From: Rhizobiaceae bacterium
Lineage (GTDB): Bacteria > Pseudomonadota > Alphaproteobacteria > Rhizobiales > Rhizobiaceae
Direction of reading: 5' to 3'
Assembly (NCBI GenBank): GCA_027484835.1
Contig: JAIXSF010000129.1
Coordinates: forward strand, 1 to 49,381
DNA: 49,381 nt
The position numbers and the translations under genes were made by a program. Below the pieces are notes generated by a model. The model was not told where the DNA came from. It saw only the letters and a list, made by a program, of their open reading frames with translations, and ran no database searches. Of the stretch, positions 37,532 through 45,861 are shown one piece after another. Positions within the stretch are counted from its first letter, which is position 1, and each line of letters begins with the position of its first letter.

Positions 37532-38032
37532 TTACTTTTCCACGCCCAGCACTTCCGCACAACGCGACAGGCTGAAGCCGTTTCCGGTCGTGTCGTTGCT
37601 GGCGCGGATGCTGGCGATAATGCCGCCGCGGTCGGTATTGATCTGCAATTCGCAAAACAACTGCTCATAGCGGCCTGGCGTGATCAGTTCCGGCTCCCAG
37701 AAGGGGTCGCGGGTGATAACGCGGGTCTGCGTGACCGTCTGGCCCGATCCGTCCTGGCTGGTTTCGGTGCGGATGATCGTGCGCGCCGGCTCAGGCCGGG
37801 TATAGACAGGCGGAATATAGCGGGTCTTGTCGCCGCCGCGCCAGGTGTAGATCTTGCCCGAGGACAGCGGGTATTCGTCGATCGGCGGGCCGTAGGCCGC
37901 AAAGAAACGTTCGACAGGCTGACCGATCCAGCGGGACTGCAGCGCCCTGTTGGCGTCTTCGGTCGTGGTGCATCCTGCAAGGATCGCAAGCGGGAGGATG
38001 AGCAGGGCGATCAGGGGGCGAAAGTGGCGCAT
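37532..38032 (-). CDS. Hypothetical lipoprotein
   Basis: Lipobox LAGC, WIGQ....FFA.YGPP, C-terminal Cys pair. Confidence 0.75.
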   Translation of the reverse strand: MRHFRPLIALLILPLAILAGCTTTEDANRALQSRWIGQPVERFFAAYGPPIDEYPLSSGKIYTWRGGDKTRYIPPVYTRPEPARTIIRTETSQDGSGQTVTQTRVITRDPFWEPELITPGRYEQLFCELQINTDRGGIIASIRASNDTTGNGFSLSRCAEVLGVEK

Positions 38033-38266
38033 TGGCAATCTCTGAAACATGAGCCGGTCAGGCCTTGTGGCCCGTCCAAAGTGTGTGTTCGAGCCTACTG
38101 CGTCCGGTCGTCCTCCCGCAAGGGACCGCCCTTGGCGCAAGGCATCGGCCAACAGCCAAATCCGGGAGTGTCGCCGGATCTTGCTTTATCAGCTGCAAGG
38201 TCCGAGGCTCATTGCGGTTCGATGGCGTAGCCATATCTGGCTTTGCCTGCGGGAGAGGGGAATGAG

Positions 38267-38935
38267 ATGAAACTGCATTACAGTCGCAACCCGAACCCGA
38301 GGCTCGCGGTGGCCGTCGCCCGTCATCTTGGCTCGTCGGTCACCTTTGTCTTCGCATCGCCCTTCGCGCCCGGACAGGCGGAGACATACCGCGCGCTCAA
38401 CCCCGGTCTGTCGATCCCGATCCTCGAGGAAGAGGGACGGCGCAGTCTCTGGGAGGCCGATGCGATCGCGTGCCGGCTGTCGCGGCTTTCGGGAACCGGC
38501 TTCTGGCGCACCGATGATGACGAGCCGGACATGATCCGCTGGCTGAGCTGGGGCAAGGCGAATTTCGTGATGGCCTGCGACATGGTGCATTTCGAATATG
38601 GCACCAAACAGCGCTATGGCATCGGGCCCGTCGATCCGGCCAAGGTCAAGGTGGGGCTCGATGATTTCGGGCGCGCTGCGCAGCTTCTCGAGGCCGAGTT
38701 TGCCGGGCGTCCGTTCCTTCTCGACAGCGGTCTTTCCTATGCCGATTTCCGCATGGCGAGTTTCCTGCCGTTCAACGACGTCGCCGGTCTGCCGCTATCC
38801 GACTACCCTGCGGTGTTGGCGTGGTATCGGCGACTGGAGGCGCTTCCCGCCTGGTCCGACCCGTTCGACGGTCTGGACGCACCGCAGCTGCCGAAAGCCC
38901 CGCTTGCGGCCGAACGGCAGATCCATCGCCAATAG
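38267..38935 (+). CDS. Glutathione S-transferase family protein
   Basis: LNP...IP.L, LWE..AI...L, FL....LS.AD. Confidence 0.88.
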   Translation: MKLHYSRNPNPRLAVAVARHLGSSVTFVFASPFAPGQAETYRALNPGLSIPILEEEGRRSLWEADAIACRLSRLSGTGFWRTDDDEPDMIRWLSWGKANFVMACDMVHFEYGTKQRYGIGPVDPAKVKVGLDDFGRAAQLLEAEFAGRPFLLDSGLSYADFRMASFLPFNDVAGLPLSDYPAVLAWYRRLEALPAWSDPFDGLDAPQLPKAPLAAERQIHRQ

Positions 38936-39041
38936 AAGCCTGCCTTGCACGCCGGTTCGGCTTGTCTCGCCACCCGCTCATCCCATATCTGTGGTCGAGC
39001 CAAACACATGTCCGGCCTGCAGTCGGACGAGGAGTGTCTTC

Positions 39042-40505
39042 TTGTTTTCCTTCGATAACAGCTATGCCCGCCTGCCGCAGACCTTTCACCGGCCGGCGCG
39101 TCCAGCCGCTGCCCGTGCACCGCAGCTGATCCGCTTCAACCACGCCCTTGCCGCCGACCTCGGCCTCAACGTGGAGGACGCAAGCGATGCCCGGCTGGCA
39201 CAGGTGCTGTCGGGCCAGGTGATCCCCGTCGGCGCGGAACCCTTGGCACAAGCCTATGCAGGCCACCAGTTCGGTCATTTCAACCCGCAGCTCGGTGACG
39301 GGCGGGCGCTGCTGCTCGGCGAGGTCCTCGACCGCGAGGGTCGACGGCGCGATATCCAGCTGAAGGGGTCCGGCCCGACCGCCTTTTCGCGCAATGGCGA
39401 CGGCATGGCAGCGCTGGGACCGGTCCTGCGCGAATACATCATCTCGGAAGCCTTTGCGGCTCTTGGCGTGCCGGCAACGCGTGCGCTGGCGGCCGTCTCG
39501 ACCGGTGAACAGGTGGTGCGTGAGACCATGCTTCCCGGCGCCGTCTTCACCCGGGTTGCCGCAAGCCATATCCGAGTCGGCACGTTCCAGTTTTTCGCCG
39601 CGCAAGGCGATGAAGCCGCGGTCAAAACGCTCGCCGACTATGTCATCGAGCGGCACTATCCTGCAGCGCGCGAGACGGAGAACCCCTATCTCACGATGCT
39701 GACGCTCGTTGCCGAACGGCAGGCGAAGCTGATTGCCCGCTGGCTGTCGATCGGCTTCATCCATGGCGTCATGAACACCGACAACATGGCGATCTCCGGC
39801 GAAACCATCGATTTCGGCCCTTGCGCTTTCCTCGACGAATATGATCCGCGCAAGGTCTTCTCGTCGATCGACCAGCGCGGTCGCTACGCTTATGCCAACC
39901 AGCCGGGCATCGGCCAGTGGAACATCGCCCGCTTTGCCGAATGCCTGTTGCCGCTTCTCGATGCCGACGAGGAAAAGGCGCTGGAAGCGGCAAACGGCGT
40001 GCTGAAGGATTTCGGCGATGTCTTCCAGGCCGAATGGCTCGCGCTGTTTGCGGCCAAGCTCGGTGTCAGGGAACCTGCAGACGATGACCGTCCGCTGGTT
40101 ACCGATTTCCTCGAGTTGATGCATCAGGGCGAGGCGGATTTCACGCTCACGTTCCGGGCATTGTCGAAGGTCGCCGGCGGTGCCGATGTCGTCGCCCTGA
40201 CCGAGCTCTTCAGCGTGTCGCAGCCCGGCCTTGCCGAATGGCTCATCCGCTGGCGGCCCCGGATCGAAGATGGTCGCACAGCCGCCGAGTGCCAGGCGGC
40301 CATGGAGGCGGTCAACCCGGCGCTGATCCCGCGCAATCACCGCATCGAAGAGGCGATTGCCGCTGCCGTTTACAACGACTTCTCCTTCTTCCATCGCCTG
40401 GTCGATGCATTGGCCACCCCTTATGCCGAGGATCCTGATACCGCCGACCTGCGCGTCCCGCCAAAGCCCGAGGAGCGGGTGACCCGGACATTCTGCGGGA
40501 CGTGA
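39042..40505 (+). CDS. selO: SelO/YdiU protein adenylyltransferase
   Basis: FDNSYA.LP, AQAYAGHQFG, LGDGRA, QLKGSG.T.FSR.GDG, HGVMNTDN, IDFGP, terminal TFCGT; TTG start after GAGGAG. Confidence 0.92.
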   Translation: MFSFDNSYARLPQTFHRPARPAAARAPQLIRFNHALAADLGLNVEDASDARLAQVLSGQVIPVGAEPLAQAYAGHQFGHFNPQLGDGRALLLGEVLDREGRRRDIQLKGSGPTAFSRNGDGMAALGPVLREYIISEAFAALGVPATRALAAVSTGEQVVRETMLPGAVFTRVAASHIRVGTFQFFAAQGDEAAVKTLADYVIERHYPAARETENPYLTMLTLVAERQAKLIARWLSIGFIHGVMNTDNMAISGETIDFGPCAFLDEYDPRKVFSSIDQRGRYAYANQPGIGQWNIARFAECLLPLLDADEEKALEAANGVLKDFGDVFQAEWLALFAAKLGVREPADDDRPLVTDFLELMHQGEADFTLTFRALSKVAGGADVVALTELFSVSQPGLAEWLIRWRPRIEDGRTAAECQAAMEAVNPALIPRNHRIEEAIAAAVYNDFSFFHRLVDALATPYAEDPDTADLRVPPKPEERVTRTFCGT

Positions 40506-40526
40506 GGGGGATGGGCACTCAGCGCG

Positions 40527-41417
40527 TCAGGCTTGGCGCGGCATGCTCCTGATGTCGTCCAGAAGGCCGGGACCGATCGGCGTCCAGCCCAATGCCGCCT
40601 GCGTCAAAACGGAGGAGGCGGGCATGTCGAAGGTCGCAAAGCCTGCCATTGCCCCCAGATAGTCCGCAGCCTGTTCGGCCGTCACGGATTGCACCGGCAG
40701 GTCGAAGTGCTCGCCGATCACGCCTGCGATGGTGCGAAGGCTGACGCCTTCCTCATCGACCGCATGGTAGCGCGCACCGCGTTCACCCTTTTCCAGTGCC
40801 AGCCGGTAGAGCAGGGCAGCGTCGCTCACATGGCAGGTCGACCAGCGGGCGGCGCCATCCCCGACATAAGCGGTCGAGTTTCGGGCGCGTGCCGCATCGA
40901 TAAGATAGCTCACCAGGCCTTGGCGCCTGGTGTCGTGAATTTGCGAGAGGCGGATGGTGATGACGTTGACGCCCGCCTGGAGAAGGTCTTGCCCCGCCTT
41001 TTCGGACGCGATGCGCGGGTTCCCGTGCTGAAGGTCGAGTACGGTTTCTTTGGCCAATTCGCCTGGGGTCGCGATGCCCATGCCAATGGCAGAGGTGATC
41101 AGCATCGGGCGGTCGGAGCCGACAAGCGGCTTGCCAAGCGCTGCGATCGCCTCGGCATCCTTCAAGCAATTCGCCTGATAATTCGAAAAATCATGGTCGA
41201 AGGCGAGGTGGATGACGGCATCTGCCCGCTCGGCGCCGCGGGTGAGGCCGTCCAAGTCCTCAAGCGTGCCTAAATGCGCTTCCGCGCCCATCGCCCGTAG
41301 CAGATCCGCGCCTTGCTCCGATCGGGTTAGCCCCAGCACCTGGTGTCCGGCAGCGCGCAATTGAGGGATGACGGCGGAGCCGATAAAGCCGGTTGCTCCG
41401 GTGAGAAAGATTTGCAT
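40527..41417 (-). CDS. Extended SDR / NAD-dependent epimerase-family oxidoreductase
   Basis: IFLTGATGFIG, AVIHLAF.HDF, LGW.P.GP.L. Confidence 0.9.
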   Translation of the reverse strand: MQIFLTGATGFIGSAVIPQLRAAGHQVLGLTRSEQGADLLRAMGAEAHLGTLEDLDGLTRGAERADAVIHLAFDHDFSNYQANCLKDAEAIAALGKPLVGSDRPMLITSAIGMGIATPGELAKETVLDLQHGNPRIASEKAGQDLLQAGVNVITIRLSQIHDTRRQGLVSYLIDAARARNSTAYVGDGAARWSTCHVSDAALLYRLALEKGERGARYHAVDEEGVSLRTIAGVIGEHFDLPVQSVTAEQAADYLGAMAGFATFDMPASSVLTQAALGWTPIGPGLLDDIRSMPRQA

Positions 41418-41523
41418 GCCTGTATCCTTTCCAGTGAACGGGACAAGCAATGGCAGATCTGTTATCCTGTTAAAGTAGTGACTTTATCATGGTATAATTC
41501 CTCTCAGGATTGGCAGTCCTCTC

Positions 41524-42342
41524 ATGGCCGCGACGACATTGGCGAGTTATCTCCGCGACCGCAGGACGCGTCTCGACCCGGCGACCTTTGGCCTGTCCGG
41601 ACGTCGCCGTACGCCGGGTCTGCGGCGCGAGGAAGTAGCCCAGCGAGCCAATATCAGTCCGACATGGTATACTTGGCTCGAACAGGGGCGGGGTGGTGCG
41701 CCCTCCGCCGATGTGCTCAACCGTATCGCGGGGGCCATGTTGCTCACGGAAGCGGAACGCGAGCACCTGTTCATGCTCGGCTTGGGGCGACCGCCCGAGG
41801 CGCGCTACACGTCCGTGGACGGCGTCAGCCCGCGCCTCCAGCGCTTCATCGACCGGCTCGACACCTGCCCTGCCGTGGTGAAGACGGCAACCTGGGACGT
41901 GGTCGCGTGGAACCGCGCGGCCACCATCGTTCTCTCCGATTACGGAAAGCTGCCGCCGGGCGAGCGCAACATGCTGCGCTATCTGTTTCGCAATCCCGAG
42001 GTTCGCGCCAAGCAACATGACTGGGAGGCGATTGCCCGCTTTTCGATCGCTGCCTTCCGAGCCGATGCCGCCAGGGCCGGTGCGGTGTCGCAGATCGGCG
42101 ACCTCGTCGACGAGCTTTCCGAGGCGAGCGCCGACTTTCGCCGGATCTGGGCCGAAAACGAGATCAGCGTTCCCGGGGAAGGGGCCAAGCGGTTGGCGCA
42201 TCCAGTCCTCGGCACCATCGATCTCGAATATTCCGCCTTCGCCGTCGACGGGCGGGTCGATCTCAACCTGATGGTCTATACGCCGGTCGATCCTGAGGTC
42301 GCGGACCGGATCCGCGCTTTGGTCGGCGATGAGCGGGCGTAA
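41524..42342 (+). CDS. XRE-HTH / MmyB-like transcriptional regulator
   Basis: RRTPGLRREEVA..A..S..WYTWLEQGR; divergent from the SDR gene. Confidence 0.9.
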   Translation: MAATTLASYLRDRRTRLDPATFGLSGRRRTPGLRREEVAQRANISPTWYTWLEQGRGGAPSADVLNRIAGAMLLTEAEREHLFMLGLGRPPEARYTSVDGVSPRLQRFIDRLDTCPAVVKTATWDVVAWNRAATIVLSDYGKLPPGERNMLRYLFRNPEVRAKQHDWEAIARFSIAAFRADAARAGAVSQIGDLVDELSEASADFRRIWAENEISVPGEGAKRLAHPVLGTIDLEYSAFAVDGRVDLNLMVYTPVDPEVADRIRALVGDERA

Positions 42343-42482
42343 CCGGACTGAGACAGTCCGGGTGCCGTCGCGAAATTGTCCCATTGAAAGCGTCGAGTGC
42401 AATCAGGTGTAGTCTCCACGTGCTCGCGCCTGAGTCCCCCGTCTGCACTGACCCGCCGCCTCCCGTTTTCAGAGATGATTTC

Positions 42483-44315
42483 ATGCTCCGCTATTTCGAG
42501 ACCATTGTCGTTCCCACTGCCCGTGAAACGCCGGGCGATCCGCCGGACGGGCTCCTCAGTTTCTACTGGTTCTTTGTTCGCCAGGCGAAGGGGCTGTTCC
42601 TTGCGCTGCTGCTTGCCAGTCTGCTCGTTGCGATCGCCGATGCCGCAATCCCCGTCCTGATGGGGCGGCTGGTCGAGGTGCTGACTTCGACCCCGCGCGA
42701 GCGGGTCTTCGAGGAAGCATCCGGTCTGATCTTCGGACTGATCGTTCTGGTGCTCGTCATCCGCCCGCTGGTCACGACGCTGCAGGGAGTCGTGCTCAAC
42801 CAGTCGATTGCGCCCGGGGTCACCAACATGGTGCGCTGGCAGAGCCACTGGCATGTCATCCGCCAGAACATCTCCTTCTTCCAGAACGATTTCGCCGGGC
42901 GCATCGGCTCGCGCATCCTCGAGATCGGCCATACGCTCAGAAGCTCGGTCGTCTCGATCATCTCGGTCGTCTGGTATCTGGCGGCCCTCGGCGTCATCAC
43001 ATCCGCCTTTCTGGCGGCCGCCAGCTGGTGGCTGGTGCTGCCGGTGGCGCTTTGGACGATCGCCTATATCGGCTTTCTCATCCTGATCGTGCCGCAGATC
43101 CGCCGCGGCTCGAAGGCGATCGCCTTTGCACGCTCGGAAATGGTCGGCCGCATCGTCGACAGCTATACCAATATCATGACCGTCAAGCTCTTCGCCCGGC
43201 CGGAGGAGGAGGATGCCTTCGTTCGCGAAAGCGTCGACAAACACACCGGCCGGATGATCATCCAGCATCGCTGGCTGTCGCTGTTTTCGATCGGCCTCAC
43301 AGTTCTCTCCGGCCTGCTGATCGCCGGAACGACCTGGGTTGCCGTCCAGCTCTGGGTCGACGGGGCGATCGGCATCGATGTCGTTGCCATGGTCCTGCCG
43401 ATGACGCTGCAGATCTCCGGCACCTCGGCCCGCGTCGCCCAGGAAATCACCCAGATTTCCGACCAGGTCGGCACGGTCCACGAGGCGATGGAAACGATCG
43501 CCAAGCCGATCGGCCTCACCGACACGCCGGCCGCCCGGCCGCTCACGGTGACGCAGGGCGCGATCCGCTTCGACGACGTCTCGTTCCATTACGGTCGCAA
43601 GGGCGGGATCATCGAGAACCTCACGCTCGACATCAAACCCGGTGAGCGCATCGGCCTTGTGGGTCGCTCCGGTGCCGGCAAGTCGACGCTGATGAACCTG
43701 CTGCTCCGCTTCTACGATCTGGAATCCGGCCGCATCACCATCGACGGCCAGGACGTCGCCCACACCACGCAGGCGAGCATCCGCCAGCACATCTCGGTCG
43801 TCACACAGGACACCTCGCTGCTGCATCGCTCGATCCATGACAACATCGCCTATGGCCGCCGCTCGGCTTCGAGGGCGGAGGTGATCGAGGCCGCTCGGCA
43901 GGCGCATGCGCTCGAGTTCATCGAACAGCTCACCGACTGGAACGGCCGTACGGGCTTCGACGCGCATGTCGGCGAGCGCGGGGTGAAACTCTCCGGCGGC
44001 CAGCGCCAGCGCATCGCGATCGCCCGCGTCATTCTCAAAAACGCGCCGATCCTGATCCTCGACGAGGCGACCTCGGCGCTGGATTCGGAAGTCGAACAGG
44101 CGATCCAGGCCAGTCTCGAAGGCCTGATGCAGGACCGCACCGTGATTGCCATCGCGCATCGCCTGTCGACGATCGCCGCCATGGACCGCCTCGTCATCCT
44201 CGACAAGGGCCGGATAGTCGAGCAGGGCACGCATTCCGAGCTTCTGGCGCTGGGTGGCCATTATGCCGGTCTCTGGGCGCGGCAATCGGGCGGCTTCCTC
44301 GAGGCCGAGGGCTGA
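42483..44315 (+). CDS. Fused ABC exporter (transmembrane domain plus ATPase)
   Basis: FFQNDFAGRI, GRSGAGKST, LSGGQRQRIAIAR, LDEATSALDSEVE, IAHRLST. Confidence 0.92.
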   Translation: MLRYFETIVVPTARETPGDPPDGLLSFYWFFVRQAKGLFLALLLASLLVAIADAAIPVLMGRLVEVLTSTPRERVFEEASGLIFGLIVLVLVIRPLVTTLQGVVLNQSIAPGVTNMVRWQSHWHVIRQNISFFQNDFAGRIGSRILEIGHTLRSSVVSIISVVWYLAALGVITSAFLAAASWWLVLPVALWTIAYIGFLILIVPQIRRGSKAIAFARSEMVGRIVDSYTNIMTVKLFARPEEEDAFVRESVDKHTGRMIIQHRWLSLFSIGLTVLSGLLIAGTTWVAVQLWVDGAIGIDVVAMVLPMTLQISGTSARVAQEITQISDQVGTVHEAMETIAKPIGLTDTPAARPLTVTQGAIRFDDVSFHYGRKGGIIENLTLDIKPGERIGLVGRSGAGKSTLMNLLLRFYDLESGRITIDGQDVAHTTQASIRQHISVVTQDTSLLHRSIHDNIAYGRRSASRAEVIEAARQAHALEFIEQLTDWNGRTGFDAHVGERGVKLSGGQRQRIAIARVILKNAPILILDEATSALDSEVEQAIQASLEGLMQDRTVIAIAHRLSTIAAMDRLVILDKGRIVEQGTHSELLALGGHYAGLWARQSGGFLEAEG

Positions 44316-44344
44316 GCCTTCGGGTTTCCCATCCCGGCGACATG

Positions 44345-44373
44345 AAAAAAGGCGCCCCTTGCAAGGCGCCTTT
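44345..44373. terminator. Bidirectional terminator
   Basis: AAAAAAGGCGCC...GGCGCCTTT between convergent genes. Confidence 0.75.
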
Positions 44374-44397
44374 CGATTGTCTGACTTATGCGGCCGT

Positions 44398-44931
44398 TCA
44401 GATTGCCGACGGCTGCAGGGTCATCGAGGTGCCGGTGGCGGCAATGTTGAGGCCGATCTGGCCGGACACGCTGACCGGCTGCAGGTGGATCGAGCCGGAG
44501 GTGCCACCGAACAAAACGTTAGCGCCAATGCCGGCACCGACGGTCGCTTCTGCGGTCGCACCGCCATAGAGGCCGCCGAGCGAGCCCTTGTGGTAGCCGG
44601 CGGTGGGCGCAAAGACCGCCCAGATCACGCGGCTCTGAGTGGTGAAGCCGAGATCCACACCGAACTTCTTGATCGAGCCGGTATAGGTGTCGAGCGGTTC
44701 GCCGTCGATGACGGAGGTGAAGGCGCAGTCTGCGGTCTTGGCAGAGCCGAGGACGTAACCGACGCCACCGCCAATCTGGCAGTCGAGATAACCGATGCGG
44801 ACACCGCCGACGCGGTCGCTTTCAACGACAACCGGAGCAGGGGCGGCGGCCGTCATGTCAGCGGCGACAGTGATGCCGGCCGAGGTGAGGACGGGGAGGG
44901 CGGCGAGGCTCAGGATGAGCATTTTCTTCAT
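44398..44931 (-). CDS. DUF992-family secreted protein
   Basis: G.L.C....GVG..LGS....C.F, Y.G.I.KFG.D.G, WAVFAP, G.GAN.L.GG, LQP.SV.GQ.GLN.A. Confidence 0.88.
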   Translation of the reverse strand: MKKMLILSLAALPVLTSAGITVAADMTAAAPAPVVVESDRVGGVRIGYLDCQIGGGVGYVLGSAKTADCAFTSVIDGEPLDTYTGSIKKFGVDLGFTTQSRVIWAVFAPTAGYHKGSLGGLYGGATAEATVGAGIGANVLFGGTSGSIHLQPVSVSGQIGLNIAATGTSMTLQPSAI

Positions 44932-45145
44932 GGCAATTCTCCTTCCATGTTCGGCTGCCGGGTGCGGAACGGCCGTTTTCGGCTTCTCAGGCAGCGTGGA
45001 ACAACGCCTATCGGCAAAGATTGATCCAACTGAGGCTGAAGATAGGCGGCAAGGTGGCGATCCACCGGCTTATCGGCCTATCTGCGCATGGCTTTCGAAC
45101 GAGGTGTGACGTGCAGCACGCCAGGCCCCTATCCGGGCCCTGGGA

Positions 45146-45170
45146 GGAACAAACGGCGTCGTCGGCACTT
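45146..45170 (+). promoter_or_regulatory. EcfG/RpoE2-type promoter GGAAC-N18-TT
   Basis: GGAAC 45146-45150 and TT 45169-45170, 30 nt before a general stress gene. Confidence 0.5.
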
Positions 45171-45200
45171 GTCCAGAACACCCCAGCCGGAGACATGCCC

Positions 45201-45632
45201 ATGACCCTTACGCTTCCCGACGTCGCCAAGAAGATGCAGAAGATCGACTTCTGCATGATGATCACCAAGACCGAATTCGGCGCCATCGCCAGCCGACCGA
45301 TGAGCAACAACGGTGATGTCGACTATGACGGCGACAGCTTCTTTTTTTCGTACACCGACACCCGCAAGGTGCGTGAACTGACCGCCGATCCGACCGTGTC
45401 GCTGACCTTTACCGCGCCGCCGAGCCTGCTCGGCAAGCCCGGTATCTTCGTGGCCGTCGAAGGTCGTGCCAGCCTCATAGCCGACAAGACCGTCTTCGAG
45501 GCGCATTGGACGTCCAGTCTTGACCGCTGGTTCCCGGAGGGCATCGATACCCCCGGCATCGTGCTGATCAAGGTGCATGCTGATACGATCCAGTATTGGG
45601 ATGGCGAGGAGAACGCCGTGTTCCGGCTCTGA
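45201..45632 (+). CDS. General stress protein 26-like (pyridoxamine 5'-phosphate oxidase-like)
   Basis: IDFCM, SRPMSNNGDV.YDGDS.FF, WF..G.DTP...LIKV.A...YWD. Confidence 0.85.
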   Translation: MTLTLPDVAKKMQKIDFCMMITKTEFGAIASRPMSNNGDVDYDGDSFFFSYTDTRKVRELTADPTVSLTFTAPPSLLGKPGIFVAVEGRASLIADKTVFEAHWTSSLDRWFPEGIDTPGIVLIKVHADTIQYWDGEENAVFRL

Positions 45633-45658
45633 ACACCGTTGCGACTTTTTTGATTGTC

Positions 45659-45687
45659 AGGCGTCGGCGGTTGCCGGCGCCTTTTTT
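45659..45687 (+). terminator. Intrinsic terminator
   Basis: AGGCGTCGGC-GGTT-GCCGGCGCCT followed by a T-run. Confidence 0.7.
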
Positions 45688-45861
45688 CGTCCTTGCTGCG
45701 ACATCCGTGCTGACCCTGCCGCCGCTATCGGGCAGATGAGAGCGTGGACAACTGGTCGTGGGTCTCTTGCAGAATGTCGCAGACAGGCTGCAAATGCCGC
45801 GTGCGGGCTTTTAAGATCGGCGCCACAACATCCACTCCCAGACATCAGGGTTCACAAGGCT

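Noticed and set aside
38598-39041. Apparent 148-aa N-terminal extension of SelO
   Set aside because: It overlaps the GST gene in another frame; a TTG start at 39042 with a GAGGAG RBS gives a normal-length SelO
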